This document shows positions 37,766-48,649 of a DNA stretch of 59,086 nt, piece after piece; positions within the stretch are counted from its first letter, which is position 1, and the number at the start of each line of letters is the position of its first letter. The stretch is from a virus (Duplodnaviria > Caudoviricetes), in IMG/VR virus record IMGVR_UViG_3300008108_000133, positions 1 through 59,086 of that record. One strand, 5' to 3'. The notes below the pieces were generated by a model that was given only the letters and a program-made list of their open reading frames with translations, searched no databases and was not told the DNA's origin. The position numbers and the translations under genes were made by a program.

Positions 37766-38118
37766 AAATAACGATTCCGATATCAGTTGGTGAATTATTG
37801 GATAAAATTTCTATCTTAGAAATTAAATCAATGTTCACCAATAATGAGTATGTCCTCAAAGAACTTGAGGACTTAAATAAAATTAAAGATACAATTACTC
37901 AATTTACTCTTGAGTATATGAATGAGTTGAGAGAAGTTAATCGAAAACTTTGGAAAATTGAAGACGAACTGAGAGAACTAGAAAAGAAGAAAGATTTTGG
38001 GGAAAAGTTCATTGAACTTGCACGAAGTGTTTATATTACTAATGATGAGAGAGCAGAAATAAAAAGAAAGATCAATGAACTTTGTAACTCCGAGTATAAA
38101 GAAATTAAATTGTATTGA
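37762..38118 (+). CDS. DUF6165-like protein
   Basis: ISVGELLDKISILEIK...LARSVYITNDERAEIKRKIN. Confidence 0.7.
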   Translation: MKITIPISVGELLDKISILEIKSMFTNNEYVLKELEDLNKIKDTITQFTLEYMNELREVNRKLWKIEDELRELEKKKDFGEKFIELARSVYITNDERAEIKRKINELCNSEYKEIKLY

Positions 38119-38148
38119 AGGATAAATATTTAAAAATCTATAAGAACG

Positions 38149-38709
38149 ATGGCAGTATACGCCGCTAATTTTACCTTGGATAAAGGAACAGATTTTGAAG
38201 AAGAGTTTGTTATCCAAGAGGATGACGGAACTCCGTTAAATTTAGTTGGATATGTTGGGGCTGCAAAAATAAGAAAGCACCCAACTTCACCAAAGTATGT
38301 TCCCTTTGTTATCACATTTGTTGATAGATCTGCAGGTAGAATAAAAATATCTTTAAATAATAATCAGACATTATTATTGTCAAGTGGAAGAAATTATTAT
38401 GATTTACTTCTTATCGATGGTGGAAATAAAATAAGAAAAGTAGTTGAAGGAAATATTATCGTTAATGATACTGCAGCTGTAGGAATTGTTGATAGCGAAA
38501 ACTTAGATGGTTTGGGAAATATTAATATTAGAAATATCGAAGATGGTTATGTATTAATGTACGATTTAAATACTAATACTTATATCTTCGTAGATCCAGA
38601 TGAAGTTCTATCAAAATCGGTACAGGATAATTTCTTACCACAAGACTTTATCGATAAACTTGATATAGATCTAGATGATAGAATTAATTTAGATTCAGGA
38701 GAATTCTAA
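38149..38709 (+). CDS. virion structural/adaptor protein (ends LDSGEF)
   Basis: DKGTDF...LVGY.G.AKIRK...G.NYYD.L; GATAAATA upstream. Confidence 0.7.
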   Translation: MAVYAANFTLDKGTDFEEEFVIQEDDGTPLNLVGYVGAAKIRKHPTSPKYVPFVITFVDRSAGRIKISLNNNQTLLLSSGRNYYDLLLIDGGNKIRKVVEGNIIVNDTAAVGIVDSENLDGLGNINIRNIEDGYVLMYDLNTNTYIFVDPDEVLSKSVQDNFLPQDFIDKLDIDLDDRINLDSGEF

Positions 38710-38987
38710 TGACATTTAATGTAAGACTTACCCCAAAAAGAAAATTAAAAGTTGAAACAAGAATTGCTGTACCTGAAAGTTTAAGTGGAGTTGACAACGT
38801 TGATATTAATAATATCAAAGATGGTTATATACTGATGTATAATGATTCTTTAAAAAGATATGGATTTGTGGATCCTGATGTTCTTTTAAGTAAATCTGTA
38901 GCAGATAATATATTACCTCAAAATTTTGTTAATAAATTAGATGCGGATTTGGACAATAAAGTTGATTTTGATGGTGGTTCATTCTAA
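38709..38987 (+). CDS. small paralogue of the preceding C-terminal domain (ends FDGGSF)
   Basis: DGYILMYN...FVDPDVLLSKSV.DN.LPQ.FV.KLD. Confidence 0.7.
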   Translation: MTFNVRLTPKRKLKVETRIAVPESLSGVDNVDINNIKDGYILMYNDSLKRYGFVDPDVLLSKSVADNILPQNFVNKLDADLDNKVDFDGGSF

Positions 38988-39011
38988 TAAATAGTTATAA
39001 AATTTCTACTT

Positions 39012-39221
39012 ATGGAACCCGAATCCATTAAGATCGATTTCACAGTACTTGAAGATGGTTACATACTGAGATATGATCAACAAAGAAATAAATTAATTTT
39101 TGTTGATGCAGATGAAGTTCTATTGAAATCTGTACAAGATGGGGTTTTACCTCAAGCCTTTATCGATAAACTTGATATAGATCTAGATGATAAAATTAAT
39201 CTAGATTCTGGTCTATTTTAA
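39012..39221 (+). CDS. third paralogue of the same domain (ends LDSGLF)
   Basis: DGYILRYD...FVDADEVLLKSVQD..LPQAFIDKLD. Confidence 0.65.
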   Translation: MEPESIKIDFTVLEDGYILRYDQQRNKLIFVDADEVLLKSVQDGVLPQAFIDKLDIDLDDKINLDSGLF

Positions 39222-39326
39222 AAATCAAATAAATAATAATGATTTGATTTTTACTTTTCCTTATAAATTTCTTTTGAGTTGAATTTGTACTACGTAGTCA
39301 AAATTTTCAATTAATTAGAAAAGAAT

Positions 39327-41018
39327 ATGGCAAATCCAACGCTTCAGTTTAAGAGAGGTCTGTTTGTAAATCTACCTGCACTTCGCGCAGGTGAACCAGG
39401 ATTTACAACAGACAAAAATGATCTTTATGTAGGTGGTGAAGGCGGAAACAAGTTTTTCGGTTCACACCGCTATTGGGAAAAAGAAGACGGAACCAACGCT
39501 CTCAAGTTCAAGCTTGTAGATAAAGGTGGTTCAAACTCTATCGGTTTAAGAGCTCCTGCAACTCTTGCAGATAGCAACACTGTTTACACCCTACCTGCTG
39601 CACCTTCTGATGGATATTTCCTGAAGACTAATGCTTCGGGTGTACTTGAGTGGGCAAGTGTAACTTCTGGTGCTGCATTTAATGGAGCAACTCTAAGCAA
39701 TGCTACCTTTAGTGGAATTTCTACATTCTCTGGTCTTATCGAGGCTGATGGTGGTCTTGATGTTACCGGTCACGCAGAACTTGATAACCTCAATGTTTCT
39801 GGTGTAGGTACTGTTGCAACTGCTGACATCAATGGTGGCAACATTGACGGTACTGTAATTGGTTCTTCTTCGGCCGCTGCTGGTACTTTCACACAACTAA
39901 ACTACAGCAATTCCTCAACCTCAGGAATTTCAACCGTAGGTTCACTTTATGCAGGTGCAGACAAAGTTCTATCTGTAGAAGGTGGTAATCTAACACTTTC
40001 CAACATTGAAGCAATTGATTCAGTAACCAAGGCAACTCTTGAAGCAACTCTTGCTTTAGATCCTAACGACTTTGATACTCTTAATGTACTAGGTATTGGA
40101 ACCATTGGTGGTCTTCTCGATGCTAATGGTGGTCTTGATGTAACAGGACACACTGTTCTAAACGACACTCTTGCTGTAACTGGCGTTTCAACCTTTACCG
40201 GTGCTATCAACGCTAATGGTGGTGTAACCGGCAACGTAACTGGTGATTTAACTGGTAACGCTGATACTGCTACTGCACTTCAAACTGCAAGAGATTTTGA
40301 TATCACTGGTTCATTCATAACTGCTTCTGCAGTTTCATTTGATGGTTCAGGCAATGTTTCACTTGCCGCCACCATCACTGCAAATTCAATTGAACTCGGC
40401 ACTTATACTTCAGGTGATTATGTTGCTACCGTTTCTGGTACTGCAAATGAAATCACTGCCACTGGCACTGGAGAAGGCGCTGCTGTTGTTCTCAGCCTTC
40501 CTAACGATGTTGTAGTCGGAACTTCACTTTCCGTTCCAACTGTTAAGACTGCTACTGTTCAGCACAGCAATGGTACTGAAGCAATCACCATTGATGGTAG
40601 TGGTAATGTTGGTGTTTCAACTAACTTAACCGTTAGTGGCAACCTCTATGTCAATGGAACCACAACTCAAGTCAACACAACTTCCTTAACTGTTGAGGAT
40701 ACTCTTGTTGAACTTGGATTAGTTGATGGTGCTGCACCTGGAGCTGATGTAAATAAGGACCTTGGACTAGTCTTCAACTACTATGATACTTCTGCCAAGA
40801 AGGCAGCAGTTTACTGGGATGACAGCACTGGCAGAATTGCTTTTGCTTCTGAGGCATCCGAGTCAGCAAGCGTTCTAACTGCTACCACTTATGCAACCAT
40901 TCTTGCTGGTGGATTAGAGATCAACAATGCTTGCACGGGCGGAACTGACGAAGTTATCTCCTGTGTTGGTGGCGAACTCGCTCTCAGCAACATCGTTGTT
41001 GATGGTGGTTCATTCTGA
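39327..41018 (+). CDS. tail fibre protein (Mtd_N-like N-terminus; ends VDGGSF)
   Basis: LQFKRG...GEPGFTTD; ATALQTAR...FDGSGNV; highly expressed codon style. Confidence 0.8.
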   Translation: MANPTLQFKRGLFVNLPALRAGEPGFTTDKNDLYVGGEGGNKFFGSHRYWEKEDGTNALKFKLVDKGGSNSIGLRAPATLADSNTVYTLPAAPSDGYFLKTNASGVLEWASVTSGAAFNGATLSNATFSGISTFSGLIEADGGLDVTGHAELDNLNVSGVGTVATADINGGNIDGTVIGSSSAAAGTFTQLNYSNSSTSGISTVGSLYAGADKVLSVEGGNLTLSNIEAIDSVTKATLEATLALDPNDFDTLNVLGIGTIGGLLDANGGLDVTGHTVLNDTLAVTGVSTFTGAINANGGVTGNVTGDLTGNADTATALQTARDFDITGSFITASAVSFDGSGNVSLAATITANSIELGTYTSGDYVATVSGTANEITATGTGEGAAVVLSLPNDVVVGTSLSVPTVKTATVQHSNGTEAITIDGSGNVGVSTNLTVSGNLYVNGTTTQVNTTSLTVEDTLVELGLVDGAAPGADVNKDLGLVFNYYDTSAKKAAVYWDDSTGRIAFASEASESASVLTATTYATILAGGLEINNACTGGTDEVISCVGGELALSNIVVDGGSF

Positions 41019-41040
41019 GTCTAACTAAAACTTGATAAAT

Positions 41041-41068
41041 AGGGGAAGAGAAATCTTCCCCTTTTTTT
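41041..41068 (+). terminator. rho-independent terminator
   Basis: aggggaaga-GAAA-tcttcccct + T tract. Confidence 0.85.
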
Positions 41069-41287
41069 ATGTCTGAACAAGAACTTAAGAATTTTATTTT
41101 AGTTTATCAACAAAAATTGAATGAAATGATGGCACAAAATATTGCATTAGAAGCAAAGATGATGAGTGTAAATCAAATCATAGAAGCACTTACAAAAAAA
41201 GTGAATGAAATAACTGCAGAAAATGAAAAATTAAAAACATCAAAGTCAAGAAAACCTCTAACAAAAGAAGATGGTGGGGAATTCTGA
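41069..41287 (+). CDS. small coiled-coil protein (ends EDGGEF)
   Basis: ORF track. Confidence 0.7.
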   Translation: MSEQELKNFILVYQQKLNEMMAQNIALEAKMMSVNQIIEALTKKVNEITAENEKLKTSKSRKPLTKEDGGEF

Positions 41288-41362
41288 AATTTCCTAAATA
41301 ATAAAAATAACTGATATATATCAGTTTGATTTTTACGGTAAATACCAAAATGCGAGGGATGA

Positions 41363-43228
41363 ATGTCAAATCCTAATATAAGAATTAAACGATCGTCCGT
41401 TCCCGGAAAGAAACCAACGGTAAATGATTTGCCTTTGGGGGAACTAGGACTTAATACATATGATGCAGAATTGTATGCTCGTAGAGAACGAGCAGGAATT
41501 GGAACTGATATTGTCCGTATCGGTTCAGGAACTACAGTTACTAATATTTTATATGTCACAAAAGACGGAAACGACACAAACACAGGAAAAAAACTTGGTG
41601 ATGCAAAGGGAACTATTGCAGGAGCCCTTGCAGAGGCAACAACAGGAACAGTTATTAAAGTTAGTGCTGGATCTTATGTAGAAAACAATCCACTAGTCAT
41701 CCCAGAACAAGTTTCAATCGTTGGAGATAGTTTGAGAGAAGTATCAATATCTCCACAAAATTCAGATCAAGATTTATTTTATGTTTCTAATGGAAATTAT
41801 GTAACAGAAGTTTCTTATACGGGAAATTTAAATCCCGGTAAGGCAATTTTTGCATTTAATCCCAACACAATTGGGTATTTTGATCAATCACCATATATTC
41901 GTAACTGTACTAATTTCATTCCAAATTCTATTGGTTTAAAGATTGATGGTTCCAAAGCAATTGGTCCAACCAAAAGCATGGTCACCGATTCATTTACTCA
42001 ATATAATCAAGGTGGAATTGGCGTTTCAATTACCAATGAAGGATATGCTCAGTTAGTATCTTTATTTACAATATGTGATGATATTGCAGTTTTTACAGGT
42101 TCTGGTGGTGCTTGCGATTTAACAAACTCAAACTCTTCTTTTGGAAATTACGCACTTGTATCTGATGGCGTAGGTCCAAAAAAATATGTAGGTATTGTTA
42201 CATCTGAAGCTGCAGCGAATTCTGACACTTTTGTTTTGGATTTGAATGTTCCGACTTTAAATGTAACTGATGCAATTTATAATAATATAACTGGATTGAC
42301 GACAATTACAGTAAATTCTAACCATAATTTTAATGTTGGAGCGGGAGTTTCAATTGTTGGGTTAGCATTTACATGTCCATCGGGTCCAGGAATTGTAACA
42401 TACCCATCGGGAAATAAAGGAAATATTTTTGAAGTTGTTGGAACTCCATCTGCAACTTCTTTTGAAGTGTATGTTGGTGTTTCCACTCTCCAACATACTT
42501 ATCAATCGGGTGGAAATGTAAAATTAAATGTTTCTAGACCTTTTGACGGTCAAGTAGTTTATTTCCAAGATCTTTATTACAATATTGGTGAAATAACAAT
42601 AACCTCTGGAGGAAGTGGATACACGGGAAACGCTGATGTTACTATTGGTTCACCTTCAACACCTTGGGGTATTCCTGCTACAGCAGTTGCAGAAGTTCGC
42701 AATGGTTCTGTGATTAATGTTGAAATGGTTTCAAGTGGAAGAGGATATGGTTCTACTCCACCTTCAGTATCATTCAGTATGCCAAATGTTGGTGTGAATT
42801 CTGCAACTGGAACTGCAAATCTTGTTCCTACATATTATGTAATTCAAAGTTCAACTCCAGTTTCTGCTGGAATTTGTACGATTACACTTACCGATAATGT
42901 TCCTTATCTCGTTGGTGTTGGTGTTAGTGTTCCATTCTTCAAACAAAGTCGGATATTGGCATCGGGACATTCACTTGAATATATTGGATCTGGAACTAAT
43001 ATTGCTACCGCACTTCCACAAAAAGGAGGAGTTCCAATTCAAGCAAATGAAGTGGTTGCAAAAAATGGTGGTCTTGTTGTTTATACTTCTACTGATCATT
43101 CGGGTAACTTCCGCATTGGTGATGGTGTAGTAATTAATCAGCAAACAGGAACGATCAGTGGAACTTTTTATTCTAAGAGTTTGTTTTCATCAATGACTCC
43201 ATTCATACTCGCATTAGGAGGAGATTAA
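41363..43228 (+). CDS. virion fibre/tailspike protein with beta-helix-like domain
   Basis: IRIKRS...GELGLN N-terminus; LYVTKDGNDTNTG...GSYVENNPL...VGDSLR. Confidence 0.75.
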   Translation: MSNPNIRIKRSSVPGKKPTVNDLPLGELGLNTYDAELYARRERAGIGTDIVRIGSGTTVTNILYVTKDGNDTNTGKKLGDAKGTIAGALAEATTGTVIKVSAGSYVENNPLVIPEQVSIVGDSLREVSISPQNSDQDLFYVSNGNYVTEVSYTGNLNPGKAIFAFNPNTIGYFDQSPYIRNCTNFIPNSIGLKIDGSKAIGPTKSMVTDSFTQYNQGGIGVSITNEGYAQLVSLFTICDDIAVFTGSGGACDLTNSNSSFGNYALVSDGVGPKKYVGIVTSEAAANSDTFVLDLNVPTLNVTDAIYNNITGLTTITVNSNHNFNVGAGVSIVGLAFTCPSGPGIVTYPSGNKGNIFEVVGTPSATSFEVYVGVSTLQHTYQSGGNVKLNVSRPFDGQVVYFQDLYYNIGEITITSGGSGYTGNADVTIGSPSTPWGIPATAVAEVRNGSVINVEMVSSGRGYGSTPPSVSFSMPNVGVNSATGTANLVPTYYVIQSSTPVSAGICTITLTDNVPYLVGVGVSVPFFKQSRILASGHSLEYIGSGTNIATALPQKGGVPIQANEVVAKNGGLVVYTSTDHSGNFRIGDGVVINQQTGTISGTFYSKSLFSSMTPFILALGGD

Positions 43229-43231
43229 TAA

Positions 43232-43561
43232 ATGGCTTTACAACTTAATGTATTTCAAACTGTAACTGCAGTTGTATCTACAACCCCAACAGAAGTATAT
43301 ACAGCTCCTATTGGTTATACCGGCGTTGTTCTCCTTGCACAAGTTGCAAATATTGGAGCATCTTCACATGATGTGACTTTAGTTCATAGAAGAAGTTCTA
43401 CTGACACCGAAATGTTGAAAAATTATCCAATTGCAGCGAATGATACTGCAAATCTTCTTTCGGGAAAATTAGTTCTTGAAAGTGGAGATAAATTAGTATT
43501 ATCAGGTAGTAATGCAACTAATTTGAAATTCATTGCTAGCATTCTAGAAACTCTCAATTAA
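43232..43561 (+). CDS. small virion structural protein
   Basis: VYTAP...KLVLESGDKL...SILE pattern typical of fibre-associated proteins. Confidence 0.65.
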   Translation: MALQLNVFQTVTAVVSTTPTEVYTAPIGYTGVVLLAQVANIGASSHDVTLVHRRSSTDTEMLKNYPIAANDTANLLSGKLVLESGDKLVLSGSNATNLKFIASILETLN

Positions 43562-43570
43562 TATAAAACA

Positions 43571-44371
43571 ATGGCAAAAGGATATGTCAGTAATCGTCAA
43601 AAAAGTCTAAAAGTCGGTATTTCTTCATATACCGAAAACAGTACAGTAGTTGAGGTTACTGGAAAAGTTGGCATTAACACGAATAATGCAACACAAAATT
43701 TAGATGTAAATGGTAATGTAAGGATTCGTGGTGGTATTTATGATGGATTAAATAATTCTTCTGGATTGAATAACCAAGTTCCAGTTGCTGATGGTAATGG
43801 TGGGTGGTCATGGCAACCAGTAACTTCTGCTGGAGCTGGAACTCTTGAAGGTCTTACAGTTAGAGATGAAGGATCTGTTGTTGGTACTGCTGGTAGTATT
43901 ACCACTTTTGATTTTAAGGGTAGCAGCATAGTTGTTTCCGCTAGTGTTGGTGGGAATATTGCTACTATTACATCTAGTGCGCTTAGTACTCCAGATTTTA
44001 ATTATCTTAGTGTAGCAGGAATTTCTACATTAGGATTTTTTGAAGATGATCAAAAAGTTATTGATAGAAATATAACTCTATCGCCTAACAAGACTTATTA
44101 TTCTTTACATAAAAATTTGATTTTAGAAGGAAGCACTGTTTTAACAGTTGGTTCCGGTTCAACTATTATACTTGATAGACTCAATAATCTTGATGATCTC
44201 AAAACAGAATCTTTAGAAGTTAAAACAGATTCCTTTTTTGGTCTTTCTACAACAACAACTCCTTTAAAAAATTCTCAAATGACCTTTGAGCTTACTAGTA
44301 ATACTAATTTGAGAATTAATGTAAGGGGTACTGATGGCATTTTAAGATCTGTCAATCTTACTTTATCATAA
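43571..44371 (+). CDS. tail-fibre-like protein
   Basis: KVGINT...LDVNGNVRIRG; C-terminal VRGTDGILRSVNLTL. Confidence 0.7.
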   Translation: MAKGYVSNRQKSLKVGISSYTENSTVVEVTGKVGINTNNATQNLDVNGNVRIRGGIYDGLNNSSGLNNQVPVADGNGGWSWQPVTSAGAGTLEGLTVRDEGSVVGTAGSITTFDFKGSSIVVSASVGGNIATITSSALSTPDFNYLSVAGISTLGFFEDDQKVIDRNITLSPNKTYYSLHKNLILEGSTVLTVGSGSTIILDRLNNLDDLKTESLEVKTDSFFGLSTTTTPLKNSQMTFELTSNTNLRINVRGTDGILRSVNLTLS

Positions 44372-44421
44372 ATTTCCATTTAATCCAAATTTATAAATAA
44401 CTAAAAAGTTATTAGATACCA

Positions 44422-47400
44422 ATGTCAGAGATAAGAGTAGATACAATTGTATCAGCAACAGAAGGTGGAACCGTTGCAGTTGCAGGTATTGCAAGTGAAG
44501 CGATTAAACTTCAAACCGCAAGAACAATATCTTTAATTGGGGATGTGGTAGGTGAAGTTCTTTTTGATGGAACTTCGAATGTATCAATAGCAGCAACCAT
44601 TCAAAATAATAGTCTCGAATTGGGAACTGATACAACCGGTAATTATGTTGCCTCTATTTCTAATGGAAATTATATTACTGGTGGTGATGGTGGATCCGAA
44701 TCTGCTGCATTGACAATTGGTGTTGCTGCTACATCAGCAAATGTTGTAGACCAAGTAGTTGCAAGAGATTCCTCTGGAAATTTTAGTGCTAATGTTATAA
44801 CAGCATCAGAATTTTCTACTGGTTCAGGAACTCTTGGAATTAATACTAATACAATTTCTGGTCCTGCAACAATTACTATTGATCCTGCTACAGTAGGAAA
44901 CAATAGTGGGACCGTTTTAATTAAGGGCGATCTTCAAGTTGATGGTACTACTACAACAGTAAATTCGACAGAATTGGTTATTGATGACAAAAATATCACT
45001 CTTGCTTCTGGTGCGTTAAATGATGCTGCCGCAAATGGTGGCGGTATTACGATTGAATCTGGTGATGGAAATAAGACTTTCCAATTTAATGATGCATCCG
45101 ATGCTTTCAAGTCCAACATCTCTATGGATGTTGATTCGGGACAATCATATAAAGTAAATGGTACTGAAGTTCTTTCATCAACGACTCTTGGATCTGGAGT
45201 TGTTAATTCTTCATTAACTTCAGTCGGTACTCTCAATAAGTTGGATGTTGGTAATGTAAATTCTACCGGAATTGTTACAGCATCTAATGGTTTTTCTGGC
45301 AATCTTACTGGTAATGTAACAGGCAATCTTACCGGTGTTGCATCAACTGCAACTAAACTTCAAACCGCAAGAACATTTGAAATTACGGGTGATGTAATTG
45401 GTTCTGCTGTATCTTTTGATGGAACTGGTAATGTTTCAATTGCTGCAACTATTCAACCTAATTCAGTAGCACTTGGTAGTGATACAACTGGTAATTATGT
45501 TTCTACAATTGCAGATTCTGGATCTTCTGATATTGCAGTAAGTGGATCTGGATCAGAGACTGCCGAAGTTACAGTAGGACTTACTACTACAGGGGTTTCT
45601 GCTGGTTCTTATGGTTCTACAACTCAAATTCCAACATTCACAGTTGATTCTAGAGGTCGTTTAACTTCTGCTGGAAGCACTGCACTTGCAACCACTTTAA
45701 ATGTTGCTGGTACTTCTGGAACTGATTCAGTTTCACTTTTATCCGATACACTCACTGTTAGTGGCGGAACTCACGTTACAACTCAAGTAACTGATAATAC
45801 AATTACAGTAAATACTGATGCTACTTCAGCAAATACTGGAGGAACTATTGTTTCTCGTGATGCTTCAGGCAATTTTAGTGCCGGAATCATTACAGCAACT
45901 ACATTCAGTGGTGCTCTTCAAGGCAATACCGATACTGCAACTAAACTTCAAACCGCAAGAACTATTTCTCTTACAGGAGATGTAGTTGGTGAGGTATCTT
46001 TTGATGGTACTTCTAATGTCTCCATTGCGGCAACAATTCAATCCAATAGTGTTGCTCTTGGCGACGACACCACTGGTAACTATGTTGCTACTATCGCTGA
46101 CTCTGGTTCAAGTGATATTGTAGTTAATAACTCTGGTACAGAAACTGCTGGAGTAACATTAGGTCTTACTACAACTGGTGTTGCTGCAGGTTCTTATGGT
46201 TCTTCAAGCGCAATTCCAACATTCACTGTCGATTCTAGAGGTCGTTTAACTTCTGTAGGCACTTCTAGCATTGTAACCTCATTAACAGTGTCTGGAGATA
46301 CTGGAACAGAAGTAATTGATTTATCATCAGAGTCTTTATCTGTTTCTGGTGGAACTAATTTAAATTCTTCTGCTGCTGGTAATGCAGTTACTTTAAATCT
46401 TGATCCTAACATTTCTTTATCAAATATTAGTGCTTCTGGTATTATTACCGCTACGAATGGATTTGTTGGTGATATAACTGGTACTGCTACAAGTACTACC
46501 AATATCCCTAACTTGACTGGAGATATTACATCGGTTAACACGACAACTACTCTTGCAACAGTTAACAGCAATGTAGGTACTTTTGGTTCCTCTACAGCAA
46601 TTCCAAGCATTACTGTTAATGCCAAGGGTCTTGTCACTGGAGTTTCTACTAATGCCATTACTGTTGGTGATGGAACCCTAACTCTTGCAACATCTGGAAC
46701 TGGATTAAGCGGTTCACAAACCTTTAGTGCCAACCAGAGTGGTAATGCTACCTTCACGGTAACATCAAATGCTACATCAAATAATACTAATAGTACTATA
46801 GTTTCCCGTGATGGCGCTGGTGGATTTAGTGCTGGTATTGTAACTGCTACACAATTCTCCACTGGTTCTGGGACTATCGGAATCTCAACAAATACAATCT
46901 CTGGACCAGCAACAATCACCATTGATCCTGCTGCCGTTGGAGATAACACCGGTACTGTTGTTATTAAGGGTGACTTACAAATTGATGGAACAACGACAAC
47001 AATTAATTCAACCGTTGTAACTGTTGATGATTTAAATATTACACTTGCTGATGGTGCCGCCAATGCTGCTGCTGCGAATGGTGCTGGAATTACAATTGCG
47101 GGTGCAAATGCAACATTAACTTATGCTTCTACGGGTGATAAGTGGGTCTCCAACAAAGACGTGGATGCACCAAACTTTAATTCAACTTCTGACGCTAATC
47201 TAAAAGAAAACGTTGAAGTCTATACCAATGCTCTTGAAACTATTGAAAATCTTGAAGGCGTTAGCTTCACTTGGAAGGAAACTCAAAAATCTTCTATTGG
47301 TGTGATTGCTCAACAGATAGAAAACTTTGTCCCAGAGTTAGTTCAAACTGGCGAAACCCATAAGACTGTTAATTACAATGGTTTGATTGGTATTCTTATT

Positions 47401-47454
47401 GAAGCAGTCAAAGAACTTTCTGCTGAAGTTAAGCAGCTTAAAGAAAAGATCTGA
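44422..47454 (+). CDS. long tail fibre with internal repeats and C-terminal S74 chaperone
   Basis: 3x KLQTART...[13 protein letters not shown]; SDANLKEN...IGVIAQ...[17 protein letters not shown]; TATAAATA at 44392. Confidence 0.85.
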   Translation: MSEIRVDTIVSATEGGTVAVAGIASEAIKLQTARTISLIGDVVGEVLFDGTSNVSIAATIQNNSLELGTDTTGNYVASISNGNYITGGDGGSESAALTIGVAATSANVVDQVVARDSSGNFSANVITASEFSTGSGTLGINTNTISGPATITIDPATVGNNSGTVLIKGDLQVDGTTTTVNSTELVIDDKNITLASGALNDAAANGGGITIESGDGNKTFQFNDASDAFKSNISMDVDSGQSYKVNGTEVLSSTTLGSGVVNSSLTSVGTLNKLDVGNVNSTGIVTASNGFSGNLTGNVTGNLTGVASTATKLQTARTFEITGDVIGSAVSFDGTGNVSIAATIQPNSVALGSDTTGNYVSTIADSGSSDIAVSGSGSETAEVTVGLTTTGVSAGSYGSTTQIPTFTVDSRGRLTSAGSTALATTLNVAGTSGTDSVSLLSDTLTVSGGTHVTTQVTDNTITVNTDATSANTGGTIVSRDASGNFSAGIITATTFSGALQGNTDTATKLQTARTISLTGDVVGEVSFDGTSNVSIAATIQSNSVALGDDTTGNYVATIADSGSSDIVVNNSGTETAGVTLGLTTTGVAAGSYGSSSAIPTFTVDSRGRLTSVGTSSIVTSLTVSGDTGTEVIDLSSESLSVSGGTNLNSSAAGNAVTLNLDPNISLSNISASGIITATNGFVGDITGTATSTTNIPNLTGDITSVNTTTTLATVNSNVGTFGSSTAIPSITVNAKGLVTGVSTNAITVGDGTLTLATSGTGLSGSQTFSANQSGNATFTVTSNATSNNTNSTIVSRDGAGGFSAGIVTATQFSTGSGTIGISTNTISGPATITIDPAAVGDNTGTVVIKGDLQIDGTTTTINSTVVTVDDLNITLADGAANAAAANGAGITIAGANATLTYASTGDKWVSNKDVDAPNFNSTSDANLKENVEVYTNALETIENLEGVSFTWKETQKSSIGVIAQQIENFVPELVQTGETHKTVNYNGLIGILIEAVKELSAEVKQLKEKI

Positions 47455-47490
47455 AAACATAAATAGTAAAAAAGCCGAGTGTAAACGAAG

Positions 47491-48630
47491 ATGGCAATTA
47501 AAATTAATAATTCTACTATAATTGATGATAGTAGAAATATAGTTAATGCTGGAGTAGTTACAGCATCAATATTAAATGTTCAAGGTGATGTAAGAGTATC
47601 CGGCGTATCTACTTTTGTTGGATTGGTAGAACTTGATAATTCTTTAAGAGATTTTTATGGAAATGTGGGTGTCGCTGGTTCCATTCTTGTATCCACTGGT
47701 GCTGGAGTTAGTTGGACTCCTCCATTTGCGGCTGGTATCCAAGGCATCCAAGGAACTCAAGGTGTCCAGGGCACTCAAGGTATCCAAGGTATCCAAGGTA
47801 TCCAAGGTATCCAAGGTATCCAAGGTATCCAGGGAACTCAAGGTATCCAGGGAACTCAAGGTGTTCAAGGAACTCAAGGTGTTCAAGGAACTACTGGAAC
47901 CCAGGGAACCACAGGTACTCAAGGTACTCAAGGTACTCAAGGTACAACAGGTACTCAAGGTACAACAGGTACTCAAGGTACAACAGGTACTCAAGGTGCT
48001 ACAGGTGCTCAAGGTACTAATGGTTCTAATGGAACCCAAGGAACCACTGGCACTCAAGGTGCCACAGGTGCTCAAGGTACTAATGGATCTAATGGTGCCC
48101 AAGGAACCACAGGTGCTCAAGGTGCTACGGGTGCTCAGGGTACTACAGGCACTGGTACTCAAGGAGTTCAAGGTGCATCAGGAAGTGGAGGATCAATTAC
48201 AGATGATACAACCACAAATGCTGTAAGATATCCAGTATTTGAAGATGTGACTTCTGGAACAATTTCTGGAATTTTTGTATCATCATCCAAACTACAATTC
48301 AATCCATCAACAGGAACTTTATCCGCTACAGTCTTTACATCACTATCTGACCAAACACAAAAAACGAATATAAGACCAGTTGAAAATGCCGTAGAACTTG
48401 TATCAAAAATGAACGGTGTTTATTATGATTGGATTGATGGAAACAATAAACCTTCAGTTGGTGTTATTGCGCAAGAGATTGAAAAAGTATTACCTGAAGT
48501 TGTTAATGATAATGCTAATGGACTTAAATCAGTGTCTTATGGTAATATTGTAGGTGTACTGATTGAAGCAATCAAGGAACAACAAACCGAAATAAATAGT
48601 CTCAAAGCAGAAATTAAAAGTCTGAAATAA
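47491..48630 (+). CDS. collagen-like fibre with C-terminal S74 chaperone
   Basis: GIQ/GTQ/GTT run (~47734-48182); LSD..QKTNI...[15 protein letters not shown]...VSYGN. Confidence 0.85.
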   Translation: MAIKINNSTIIDDSRNIVNAGVVTASILNVQGDVRVSGVSTFVGLVELDNSLRDFYGNVGVAGSILVSTGAGVSWTPPFAAGIQGIQGTQGVQGTQGIQGIQGIQGIQGIQGIQGTQGIQGTQGVQGTQGVQGTTGTQGTTGTQGTQGTQGTTGTQGTTGTQGTTGTQGATGAQGTNGSNGTQGTTGTQGATGAQGTNGSNGAQGTTGAQGATGAQGTTGTGTQGVQGASGSGGSITDDTTTNAVRYPVFEDVTSGTISGIFVSSSKLQFNPSTGTLSATVFTSLSDQTQKTNIRPVENAVELVSKMNGVYYDWIDGNNKPSVGVIAQEIEKVLPEVVNDNANGLKSVSYGNIVGVLIEAIKEQQTEINSLKAEIKSLK

Positions 48631-48649
48631 ATTTATTTAAAATTTTGAT

